NCBI GenBank assembly: GCA_045658785.1 | Contig: JAZOVR010000013.1 | Span: 13,424 to 77,423, forward strand | DNA length: 64,000 nucleotides | Source: Paludibacteraceae bacterium | GTDB taxonomy: Bacteria > Bacteroidota > Bacteroidia > Bacteroidales > Paludibacteraceae | Direction: 5' to 3' | Notes under the pieces: generated by a model | The model's database searches: none | What the model was told of the DNA's origin: nothing | What the model saw: only the letters and a program-made list of their open reading frames with translations | Shown: in pieces, positions 46,293 through 54,923 of the stretch | Numbering within the stretch: position 1 is the stretch's first letter | Layout: the number at the start of each line of letters is the position of its first letter | Translations under genes and position numbers: made by a program

Positions 46293-47558
46293 TTGAAAAA
46301 AGAAATGAAAAAAATCTGTATTCTCGCTATCGCTGCAATGGCAATGGTAGCTTGCGGTAATAAATACACCGCCCAAACAGTTGTTCTTAACAATCAGAAC
46401 GACAGTATGAACTATGCACTTGGTTTGATGAATGGTGCTGGTATCAAGATGTATCAATTGCGCAACGACTCTTCTATTGAAACTGTTGCTGAATTTATGG
46501 ACGCTCTTCAACGCGGTTACGACGGCAAGATAGAGCAATTGGGCGAAGTTGCAGCGATAGGTAAAAACATTGGTCAAGCCATCAAAGCCTCTGAGGCAGT
46601 TGGTTTGGCAGACAACCCAGCATGGACATTGAACGAAAAATTGTTCTTCCAAGGTTTGGTCAATGCATTGTACAACGACACCGTGGTTATGAACGCAGAT
46701 GCTGCACGTAACTATTTCCAAGCTCAGTATCAAGCTTCTGCGATGTCTAATGACAGCGTGAAAGCTGGTAAAACAATCAAGAGTAGTTGTCCTAGCAGCG
46801 TGAAAGTTGTGACCTTGGCCAATCAAAATGATAGCGTAAACTACGCATTTGGCTACCTGAATGGTTCAGAAGTATCTATGTATGTATTGGCGATGGATAG
46901 CACAGGCGAGCAAAAGAAAGAGTTTATCGCATATATTAACAAGGGCTTGAAGAGCAAGATCAAGAATCCACAATTGGCAAATATGGGTGAGCAAATCGGC
47001 CGAAACATCAAGGAGCAAGAAGCTCAAGGTCTGGTTAACGAGCCAAGTTTGTCTACAGACTTCGAACTGATTAAGCAAGGATTTGTGAATGGTCTTTTGG
47101 GTGCTACAGAGCAATGGGATAGTGAACTTGCAGGTGAGTATATCCAATCAACTCTGGCAACTATCAAATATGGTGCTGCTAAAGAAGAAGGCGATAAGTT
47201 CTTGGCAGAGAACGCATTGCGCGAAGGCGTAGTTACAACCCCAAGTGGTTTGCAATACGAGATTATCAAGAAGGGTCGTGGCACAAAGACTCCTACCGCT
47301 ACTGATGTGGTAAAAGTACACTACCATGGAACTCTCATTGATGGTACAGTATTTGATAGTAGTGTGGGCAATGAACCTATCAGTTTCGGTCTGACCCAAG
47401 TGATTCCAGGCTGGACAGAAGGTCTGCAACTTATGACTGTGGGTAGCAAATACAAATTCTACATTCCACAACACCTCGGTTATGGTAGCCAACAAGCAGG
47501 TTCTATTCCTCCATACTCAACCTTGATTTTCGAAGTTGAGTTGCTTGGCATTGAATAA
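46293..47558 (+). CDS. FKBP-type PPIase lipoprotein with duplicated N-terminal helical domain
   Basis: 421 aa. Lipoprotein-like signal ..AAMAMVAC. Two NQNDS(M/V)NYA(L/F)G.. repeats. C-terminal VKVHYHGTLIDGTVFDSS...VIPGWTEGL. Confidence 0.85.
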   Translation: MKKEMKKICILAIAAMAMVACGNKYTAQTVVLNNQNDSMNYALGLMNGAGIKMYQLRNDSSIETVAEFMDALQRGYDGKIEQLGEVAAIGKNIGQAIKASEAVGLADNPAWTLNEKLFFQGLVNALYNDTVVMNADAARNYFQAQYQASAMSNDSVKAGKTIKSSCPSSVKVVTLANQNDSVNYAFGYLNGSEVSMYVLAMDSTGEQKKEFIAYINKGLKSKIKNPQLANMGEQIGRNIKEQEAQGLVNEPSLSTDFELIKQGFVNGLLGATEQWDSELAGEYIQSTLATIKYGAAKEEGDKFLAENALREGVVTTPSGLQYEIIKKGRGTKTPTATDVVKVHYHGTLIDGTVFDSSVGNEPISFGLTQVIPGWTEGLQLMTVGSKYKFYIPQHLGYGSQQAGSIPPYSTLIFEVELLGIE

Positions 47559-47686
47559 GTAAGCAAACTTAGTTTGCGATACTGGCAGCATAGCTGCGAA
47601 AATGGTCTTCGACGAAAGTGGCTAAAGCGTACATGCGGCAGCGAATCACTTTCGTGAAACGCAGCGAACCAATAACGCGAAGTATT

Positions 47687-49207
47687 ATGGGCATTATCGC
47701 CAAACAGAGTATACAAGGTACCATCGTCACCTATCTTGGGGTGGCGGTGGGCTTTGTTACTACTTTTTTCGTTCTGACTCGTTTTCTCACCGCGGAGGAG
47801 ATTGGTTTGGCTCGCGTATTGGTAGATGCTGCTACATTGTTTATTGGACTAGCACAGTTGGGTACTTCGTCCTCAATTATTCGGTTTTATCCGCACTTTA
47901 AGAGCAATGAGCAAAGAACCAAGAGCCAAGATGAGCATGGATTTTTCTTTTGGACCCTTGTTGTGCCACTTGTAGGTTTCGCTCTATTCACCGCTATTTA
48001 TTGCGCATGTTATACACCACTTAGCCGCTGGTTTGGAGAGAAATCACCATTGTTTGTAGAGTACTACTACATGGTACTACCGATGGCATTCTTCATGCTC
48101 TATCAGACCATCTTTGAGACCAACGCCAATGTACGTATGCATATTGTTGTGCCTCGTGCAGTGCGCGAACTTATCACGCGTATAGGACTATTGGTAGTAT
48201 ATCTGCTATACGCCATGGATTGGCTGAACATCAATGGCTTTGTAATCGCCCTTTGCTGCGTATATGCCGTAGCAATGTTCTGCAACATGGGGTATCTATT
48301 CTCCCTGGGCGATATTTCGTGGCGCCCAGATTTGGATTTTCTGCGGCAGAATCATTCTCTGGTTCGTCAGTACATCCTTTATACTGGTTTTCTATTGGTT
48401 TCCGCCGTTGCCAGCGTGTTAGCCCCTACCCTATCTTCATTTTTCATCACTGCAGAGATGGGACTCAACTATACTGGTATATTCGCAATTGCGACCTATA
48501 TTGCTGTGATGGTCAGCATTCCCTATCGCTCCATGACAGCGATTGCTGCACCACAATTGGCGCGTGCAATTAAGGAGGAGCACCAACAAGAAACTGCACA
48601 CCTCATGCAGCAAGTCAGTAGTACCCTGCTACTGATTGGCGGAATGATTCTCTGCATGATATGGCTCAATATTGACCTTATCTTCCATATTCTCCCCAAT
48701 GGTGAAACGTATGCCACAGCACGCCAAGTGGTCTTGATTTTGGGTACCAGTCAACTATTGATTGCTGTGTGTTCATTCACATCTTCAGCACTTAACTATT
48801 CACGTTTTTATGCATTTTCGCTATTGTTTTCATTTATTCTAACCGCGTTATCTATATTACTCAATAATCTCCTCATCCCGCATTTTGGTATGAATGGAGC
48901 TGCACTGAGCAACTTATTGGCATATAGCATCTACTTCTTGCTAATTGTACTAACCGTACGTTATACCTTACACACACCTACCTTTACATGCCAACATCTG
49001 AAGATTATTTTTCTCATCATATTGATTATCAACCTGAATTTCCTTTGGCTCAAACATATGCCAATCAATAATATATGGATTAGTAGTATTGTGCGAACAG
49101 TTGTGCTGATTGGGAGCGGGTGTGCTATAGCGTGGTTTAAGAACCTCTCTCCCGAAATCAAACAACAGGTACGTTCTTTAGGCGAAAAATTAAAGGCAAA
49201 AGGTTAA
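47687..49207 (+). CDS. Second MOP-superfamily polysaccharide flippase-like membrane protein
   Basis: About 12-14 TM. MGIIAKQSIQGTIVTYLGVAVGF N-terminus. I chose ATG 47687 over the GTG at 47618. Confidence 0.7.
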   Translation: MGIIAKQSIQGTIVTYLGVAVGFVTTFFVLTRFLTAEEIGLARVLVDAATLFIGLAQLGTSSSIIRFYPHFKSNEQRTKSQDEHGFFFWTLVVPLVGFALFTAIYCACYTPLSRWFGEKSPLFVEYYYMVLPMAFFMLYQTIFETNANVRMHIVVPRAVRELITRIGLLVVYLLYAMDWLNINGFVIALCCVYAVAMFCNMGYLFSLGDISWRPDLDFLRQNHSLVRQYILYTGFLLVSAVASVLAPTLSSFFITAEMGLNYTGIFAIATYIAVMVSIPYRSMTAIAAPQLARAIKEEHQQETAHLMQQVSSTLLLIGGMILCMIWLNIDLIFHILPNGETYATARQVVLILGTSQLLIAVCSFTSSALNYSRFYAFSLLFSFILTALSILLNNLLIPHFGMNGAALSNLLAYSIYFLLIVLTVRYTLHTPTFTCQHLKIIFLIILIINLNFLWLKHMPINNIWISSIVRTVVLIGSGCAIAWFKNLSPEIKQQVRSLGEKLKAKG

Positions 49208-49218
49208 AGGCAAGAATT

Positions 49219-50019
49219 ATGCGTTATTTTATCCGCTTTGCATACGATGGTACAGCCTTCCACGGCTCGCAACGTCAGCCCAATGGCATTACGGTGCAAG
49301 AGACCATGGAACAGGCACTCCAAATGATCTACCGAGAAGAGGTCCCCGTGACTTTCGCAGGTCGGACCGATGCAGGTGTTCATGCTCGCGAGATGTATGC
49401 ACATATGGACATAGGCGAAAATATACCCCACGAAACTACGATTTCCGCAGTTCCTCCCGTTGAGGCGATGAAGCGAGAATGCGAAAGGCTTGCTTTTCGT
49501 CTTAATGGTATTTTGCCCGATTCCATCGCTATTTTTGATATCCAACCAGTGGTAGATGAGGCACATGCTCGCTTCTCAGCTTTGCGCCGTACCTATGAGT
49601 ATCATGTCATTGACCACAAAGATCCGTTCCTGCTACCTTATGCGACACGCCTTCGCACCCCATTGAACTATGCAGCCATGAACGAGGCCGCACAATATCT
49701 CATAGGGCGTCAAGATTTTGCTTCATTCTGCCGTACACATACAGATGTCAAAACCACTATCTGTGACCTCACACAAGCGGAGTGGAAAGAGTTGGGGAAT
49801 GGGCATGCCGTATTCACCATTCGTGCGGACCGATTTTTGCGTAATATGGTGCGTGCAGTAGTAGGAACACTTTTTCTAGTGGGACAAGGCAAGATGACCA
49901 AAGAGCAATTTGCAGAAGTGATTACCCAACGCAATCGCTGCAGCGCTGGTGACTCTGCACCTGCACGAGGATTATATCTAACACGGATTGAATACCCTGA
50001 CAATATATTTTTGAGATGA
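49219..50019 (+). CDS. truA: tRNA pseudouridine(38-40) synthase
   Basis: 266 aa. MRYFIRFAYDGTAFHGSQRQ and catalytic GRTDAGVHA. Confidence 0.93.
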   Translation: MRYFIRFAYDGTAFHGSQRQPNGITVQETMEQALQMIYREEVPVTFAGRTDAGVHAREMYAHMDIGENIPHETTISAVPPVEAMKRECERLAFRLNGILPDSIAIFDIQPVVDEAHARFSALRRTYEYHVIDHKDPFLLPYATRLRTPLNYAAMNEAAQYLIGRQDFASFCRTHTDVKTTICDLTQAEWKELGNGHAVFTIRADRFLRNMVRAVVGTLFLVGQGKMTKEQFAEVITQRNRCSAGDSAPARGLYLTRIEYPDNIFLR

Positions 50020-50933
50020 CCAGATTTCATATGATTACACTTATCATCTGCACATATAATCGCGAGAAATATATCCGTCCTTTATTGGAAAGCATTGCTA
50101 AAAATGATTATCCTACAACGGATTATGAAATTGTCTTGGTGGATAATAATTGCACCGATAACACTCGTAGTGCTTGTGAGCAATTTGCCACAGCACATCC
50201 AGAAGTAGCGCTTCGCTATGTAGTAGAGCCAGAGCAAGGTTTGTCTGCGGCACGCAATAAGGGTATCAAAGAAGCAAAGGGTGATATTATCATCTATGTA
50301 GATGATGACGCGCTGGTGGATAGTGATTATATTCGAATTTATGCCGAACATTTCGCCACTCATTCAGGTACTATGGCAGCAGGTGGTCCGATTGAACCGC
50401 TGTATGAAACTCAAGAGCCTTTATGGATGTCGCCTTACACCAAAGCCCTATTGACCGCATGGATGAACTATGGCGATAAGGTGCGCGAGTATCCCCAAGG
50501 TCGTTACCCAGGAGGCGGTAACGCAGCCTATCGGAAAGAGGTGTTTGATAAGATAGGGCTATTCAATACGGAATTGGGAAGAAAAGGCAATTTGCTTTTG
50601 GCGTCAGAAGAGAAAGATATCTTTGATAAGATGAAGGCACTGGGTATGAAGGTGCTCTATCTACCAACTCCAGTTCTCCACCACTGCATTCCTCAGGCGA
50701 AATTAGAAGAAGACTATTTCAATCGTTTGACACTACAAATCGGTCGTAGCGAGCGCATGCGCACGCGCGCTATATCTAAAGGTAAATACCTCTCTCGATT
50801 GGTTTCGGAGGCAGTGAAATGGGGTGGTACATTGGCACTGCTATGTATCTACACATTTCAACTCCACCCTATGAAAGGATGGAAACTAGTACTTTTCCGC
50901 AAGAATGTAACGAAGGGATTGTTGGGCGGCTAG
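50016..50933 (+). CDS. Family 2 glycosyltransferase
   Basis: 305 aa. TLIICTYNRE, VLVDNNCTD, YVDDDA (DxD). ATGA overlap with truA. Confidence 0.85.
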   Translation: MTRFHMITLIICTYNREKYIRPLLESIAKNDYPTTDYEIVLVDNNCTDNTRSACEQFATAHPEVALRYVVEPEQGLSAARNKGIKEAKGDIIIYVDDDALVDSDYIRIYAEHFATHSGTMAAGGPIEPLYETQEPLWMSPYTKALLTAWMNYGDKVREYPQGRYPGGGNAAYRKEVFDKIGLFNTELGRKGNLLLASEEKDIFDKMKALGMKVLYLPTPVLHHCIPQAKLEEDYFNRLTLQIGRSERMRTRAISKGKYLSRLVSEAVKWGGTLALLCIYTFQLHPMKGWKLVLFRKNVTKGLLGG

Positions 50934-52126
50934 GAGAGCAATTGAAGTTTCTCGAAAACTAATTCACAACTATTCTTACCACTCGTCTCGCCCCAGAACT
51001 TACCTAGTATCTTCTGGCGAGCGGTTGTGTCCATCGTATAGTCGTTGGTAGAAATCACTCGGATAAGTTCATCAAAAGTATAGACTTTTCTTCCGACAAT
51101 ATTCTCCTGAATATCAAAGATAAACTCACGACTATTCACATACTCCTCGTAGTCATAATGGAAGAGAATGACATGCTTATTAGGCATAAGGATATAGTCG
51201 TACAGGATAGACGAATAGTCCGTAATTAGCACATGGGTGTATGGCAGAATACAATACATATCCACATTGCCGTCTAAGAATATTAGGTTGCTATATTCGA
51301 CTGACTTATCAATAATAGTATTGGCATGGGGCTTCATCAGCACGCATGCATTTTGCGCCGCAGCGCAAGCGTTGAGAGCATTGAGGTCAAATCCATTGGC
51401 GAAGCATTCACGCTGCGAATCACGCCAAGTAGGCATATACACTAATACAGTATCATATTGCTGGATATGTGCTACCAACTGCTTAGTGACCTCTGATTCA
51501 TATTGCTGGATAAACGCTCCCACCTCTGCCAATGGCTTGTTCAAAAGCATATTACGAGGGCATCCAGTCTGAATACATTGCGCCTTGCTTATACGGAAGG
51601 ATTGAGAAAACACACCATCAAAGAAATCTGTAGTAGATACCATATAGTCTGGACGGCGGAATGGTGCAGGATGGAAGAAAGTATCTCGGATATCGCGTTG
51701 TACATAGCGTTTGGCTAAATCTCCCTTGGTGATACCAAACTCAATAGCTTTCATTGGTACACCATGCCAAAGATTGACGATCTTAGCACTACCTGCGAGG
51801 CAGAAAGCTATATCCGACGAATAGGAATTGACAAACCAGTATTTTGCTCTCAACGCATACCATAGTCCTTTAAATGAAGCCACAAAATAAGCTTCATAAC
51901 CCAAACTACGAATATGCGCTACTGTGGATTTTTTGGTAGAAATCCATACGAGCTTGCGATTCTTAATATGCTCATTGGCGTAAATGAACTGGTATTTGGA
52001 ATTATCATTGAATCCACCTCTATAGGAACCAAAGACCAATATCTTACTCGTTCGTGGAACGAGGTAAGACAAAGGGTAAACCATGTAGCACAGGAGGTAT
52101 GCTATGAATTTGGCGAACTGTTTCAT
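50930..52126 (-). CDS. CDP-glycerol/CDP-alditol phosphotransferase (TagB/TagF family)
   Basis: 398 aa. NLWHGVPMK and YMPTWRD motifs of the Glyphos_transf family. Confidence 0.85.
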   Translation of the reverse strand: MKQFAKFIAYLLCYMVYPLSYLVPRTSKILVFGSYRGGFNDNSKYQFIYANEHIKNRKLVWISTKKSTVAHIRSLGYEAYFVASFKGLWYALRAKYWFVNSYSSDIAFCLAGSAKIVNLWHGVPMKAIEFGITKGDLAKRYVQRDIRDTFFHPAPFRRPDYMVSTTDFFDGVFSQSFRISKAQCIQTGCPRNMLLNKPLAEVGAFIQQYESEVTKQLVAHIQQYDTVLVYMPTWRDSQRECFANGFDLNALNACAAAQNACVLMKPHANTIIDKSVEYSNLIFLDGNVDMYCILPYTHVLITDYSSILYDYILMPNKHVILFHYDYEEYVNSREFIFDIQENIVGRKVYTFDELIRVISTNDYTMDTTARQKILGKFWGETSGKNSCELVFEKLQLLS

Positions 52127-53574
52127 TCTCCACGTAGTTTGTGCAATGTTTCGTTAATCAGGGTAGATGAAGTGCCTTTGGTATAAGGGAAATACACTAC
52201 CTTTGCTCCTACAGCATTGAGGTCGGCCTCGATCTTGTTCCACTTGTCGGTGCCCTTCCAATCATCACCCACGAACATAACATGGAAGTGGTATTTCTCC
52301 CATGCCTCCATCTTGTTCATATTCTCTTGGGTGACCACTTCATCTACATACTGAATTGCGCCCACAATCTCCTTGCGTTCCTCAAAAGGAATGACCGCAT
52401 GTTTGTGTTTGTAACTCACTAACTCGTCTGTCGATACACCTACAATAAGGTAGTCACATTGCGCTTTGGCTTTGCGTAATAGATTGAGGTGACCGATATG
52501 GAATAAGTCATACACGCCAGTGGTATAGCCAATTGTGATAGGCTCATACATATTGAGGAACTGCTCCAAGCAGTATAGTTGCCATTTTTGATTGCCCGTG
52601 AGTTGGGTCATGTCAATATCACGGCGAAACTCTGGGCGTGTTGGACCTTGCCAATCTTTGAAATACGCATCCACAGGACGAGGCATTGGCACTTTATTTG
52701 GCACAGGAATCTCAGGGTATTTTATCTGCATGAGTTCACGGATAAGATACTTTGATTCGCCATTGCGTACACGAATCAAGTCCAATGGGTCTGCCATGCG
52801 GAGTAGAGCGTATGGATCGGTATAAGGCATACCCGCTGTCTTAAAGGCATTGTAGTAGGAACTGGATGACTCGCGACTAAACACATCATCCATAAAGTGT
52901 AAGAAATCAATCTTCTCTCCTTGGCGATAGCGCTCATAAAGATAGGACATATCCTCGGACTCTCTCAATACGCGAGCAGGATCAAGGAAGGTATAGCGTT
53001 TCGCAAAGTCTTCTACCGTCCAATCTCTGGAGAGCAGTTGATCCATACCGCCAAAGATCAGGTCGCTACTCTCGCCCACAATCAAGCGAGTCACGCCATC
53101 TGCTTTGGCTTGTAGGGCTGCTTGATAGAGTTGTGGCTCGATGGAGTGAACAGGAGCGTTCTTTGAACGCATTACTGGCTCAAGACAGTTTTGTACTGTA
53201 TTCCAATCTATATCCACATAGTGGAGGTTTAGTCCGTAGTACTTTGCGTAGTATTCTGCACGAGCCAATTCCTCTTTTTGGTATTCACCACCAAGGAAAC
53301 GGAAGGTGTAGGCATCGCAACCAGGCATGTAGGCTGCCAAAATAGCGGAGTCCATACCGCCCGAAAGGCAGATACCTAGTTTCTCGCCTTGGAGCGAGTC
53401 AAAGACTTTTTGGATAGCGTTGTCAATATCCTGTGCGGTATGCACATAAGTAAAATACTCTGGATTAGATAGTGGTATATTTTCGTGATGAAGTTCAGGA
53501 TAGAAATCCATGCCTTCGCGCTCGATGTAACGGAAAGCTAAATAGGAACTCATGCAGAAATTCTTGTTGTTCAT
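52123..53574 (-). CDS. Fusion: asparagine-synthetase-like PP-loop domain (no glutaminase domain) plus TagD-like cytidylyltransferase
   Basis: 483 aa. N-terminal part has the PP-loop LSGGMDSA, then ..VGESSDLIFGGMD... C-terminal ~135 aa has GYTTGVYDLFHIGHLNLLRKA (HxGH nucleotidyltransferase motif) and ..GTSST.., as in glycerol-3-phosphate cytidylyltransferase. Confidence 0.8.
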   Translation of the reverse strand: MNNKNFCMSSYLAFRYIEREGMDFYPELHHENIPLSNPEYFTYVHTAQDIDNAIQKVFDSLQGEKLGICLSGGMDSAILAAYMPGCDAYTFRFLGGEYQKEELARAEYYAKYYGLNLHYVDIDWNTVQNCLEPVMRSKNAPVHSIEPQLYQAALQAKADGVTRLIVGESSDLIFGGMDQLLSRDWTVEDFAKRYTFLDPARVLRESEDMSYLYERYRQGEKIDFLHFMDDVFSRESSSSYYNAFKTAGMPYTDPYALLRMADPLDLIRVRNGESKYLIRELMQIKYPEIPVPNKVPMPRPVDAYFKDWQGPTRPEFRRDIDMTQLTGNQKWQLYCLEQFLNMYEPITIGYTTGVYDLFHIGHLNLLRKAKAQCDYLIVGVSTDELVSYKHKHAVIPFEERKEIVGAIQYVDEVVTQENMNKMEAWEKYHFHVMFVGDDWKGTDKWNKIEADLNAVGAKVVYFPYTKGTSSTLINETLHKLRGE

Positions 53575-53575
53575 T

Positions 53576-54280
53576 TTATATATCTTCTTTGAATGTTATT
53601 TTCTTGTTTTGTTCTTCGCCCTCAACAATATAGATTGGCACCTGAGGCATGTGTTCATGCACAATCCCACAATCGTCTGTTGCTGGCAAATGACATGCAG
53701 AGCATGCTGGTACATCGCAAATATCTGCTCCGAGAGCTTTGGCGTATGCTTCGGCTATCAACTCTAAGCGGAATGCCTGTGGTGTTTGGGCACGCATGAC
53801 GGTAGCACGGTTAGGAATACGCGCGACTTTGCCATCTACCATTTCATAAACAGTGTCTGTACTTGGGATAGCCACCGTCACGGCCTCATGCTCCTCTAGC
53901 GCCTCGCACACACGAGCAATGATGTCTTGACTGACAAATGGTCTTGCCGCATCGTGCAAGAGTAAGTTTGCCTGTTCGCCTTTCGCCTCATCGCCTAATA
54001 GCTTTATTGCCTGTACACTAGACTCCCAACGTTCTTTGCCGCCAGGGATGATGTGGCTAACTTTTTGCCATGCGTTGGCGAGAAGCATTTGCTCGGCATG
54101 CATGATATAGTCGGGGTGCATAACAATGCAAATCTCCTGAATATGAGGCGATTGCTCGAAGGCATCTACTGCGTGTTCCAAGACACTCTTGCCATCTTGC
54201 AATGGCAACAATTGCTTAGGAGTATTACCTCCTACTCGGGCACCTATGCCTCCTGCTAATATGACTGCGATGTTAGTCAA
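53576..54280 (-). CDS. IspD/TarI-family sugar-alcohol-phosphate cytidylyltransferase; TTG start
   Basis: 234 aa. AVILAGGIGARVGGNTPKQLLPL, HDAARPF, QTPQAF. A Cys-rich insertion DICDVPACSACHLPA precedes TDDCG. The only possible start upstream of the glycine-rich loop is TTG 54280; a stop lies 8 codons upstream in frame. Confidence 0.78.
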   Translation of the reverse strand: MTNIAVILAGGIGARVGGNTPKQLLPLQDGKSVLEHAVDAFEQSPHIQEICIVMHPDYIMHAEQMLLANAWQKVSHIIPGGKERWESSVQAIKLLGDEAKGEQANLLLHDAARPFVSQDIIARVCEALEEHEAVTVAIPSTDTVYEMVDGKVARIPNRATVMRAQTPQAFRLELIAEAYAKALGADICDVPACSACHLPATDDCGIVHEHMPQVPIYIVEGEEQNKKITFKEDI

Positions 54281-54313
54281 TTTTGAATTATGAATTAAGA
54301 ATTATGAATTGTT
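54279..54313. repeat. AT-rich heptamer run AATTTTG AATTATG AATTAAG AATTATG AATTGTT
   Basis: Read directly. It spans the stop of the KdsC-like gene and the TTG start of the cytidylyltransferase gene. Near-identical blocks occur at 9891-9918 and 58169-58197. Confidence 0.85.
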
Positions 54314-54805
54314 TTTTGCTGCGAGGATCATTTCGCAGATTTCGCGGATGGCGCCATCGCCACCTTTTTTAGTAAGTTGAATAATGCCAGGAACGGCTTT
54401 TACCTCGGGAATGGCATTGGCTGGGCAAGCGGCTACGCCTGCGTGTTGCAAGAGATCAAGGTCGTTCACATCATCGCCTACAAAGCAGACATTCTCCAAT
54501 GTGATACCTAACTCAGCGCAAATTTGGTTAGCAGCATCGAGTTTGGTCATCTTCACGCCATCCACTACGCGGCCGACACCCGTGTAGATATATTCTAATC
54601 CTAGTTTCTGTCCACGTTTCATGCCAATGGCTGTATTCTCGCTGGTGAGGATACCGCAAGGGATTCCCGCTTTGCGCAGAAGAACAATGCCCATGCCGTC
54701 ATATACGCAAAAGCGTTTGAACTCATCACCGCTCTCGGTGTAGTACATGCCGCCGTCGGTCATGCAACCGTCCACGTCGGTGAGAAAAAGTTTGATATTT
54801 TTCAT
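54302..54805 (-). CDS. HAD-IIIA phosphatase, KdsC family
   Basis: MKNIKLFLTDVDGCMTDGGMYY.. (DxDG motif), ..ILTSENT.., ..FVGDDVNDL... I chose Met41 of the tracked ORF because a TACCTTTG promoter lies inside the upstream extension. Confidence 0.8.
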   Translation of the reverse strand: MKNIKLFLTDVDGCMTDGGMYYTESGDEFKRFCVYDGMGIVLLRKAGIPCGILTSENTAIGMKRGQKLGLEYIYTGVGRVVDGVKMTKLDAANQICAELGITLENVCFVGDDVNDLDLLQHAGVAACPANAIPEVKAVPGIIQLTKKGGDGAIREICEMILAAKNNS

Positions 54806-54825
54806 TTCTTTCCTATTTATGGGGA

Positions 54826-54857
54826 CAAAGGTACAACTTTTTTCGTTAATATGCAAA
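54826..54857 (-). promoter_or_regulatory. -33/-7 promoter of the four-gene tag-like operon
   Basis: Minus strand reads TTTG(CATATTAAC), about 20-nt spacer, TACCTTTG, about 20 nt upstream of ATG 54805. Coordinates are +/-1. Confidence 0.6.
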
Positions 54858-54871
54858 TTAAGCTGAAAATA

Positions 54872-54903
54872 TTTGTGTATGTTAAAAAAAAAATGTACCT
54901 TTG
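54872..54903 (+). promoter_or_regulatory. -33/-7 promoter of GT4-rpe-comEC cluster (divergent from previous)
   Basis: TTTG 54872-54875, 20-nt spacer, TACCTTTG 54896-54903; ATG at 54924. Confidence 0.6.
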
Positions 54904-54923
54904 CGGGTAAAATAGTATGATCC

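Noticed and set aside
52186-52214. Plus-strand TTTG...TACCTTTG inside the minus-strand AsnB/TagD fusion gene (possible antisense promoter).
   Set aside because: The spacer is 17 nt, not 20. An 8-mer such as TACCTTTG is expected once or twice by chance in 128 kb of two-strand sequence. There is no downstream ORF or terminator.
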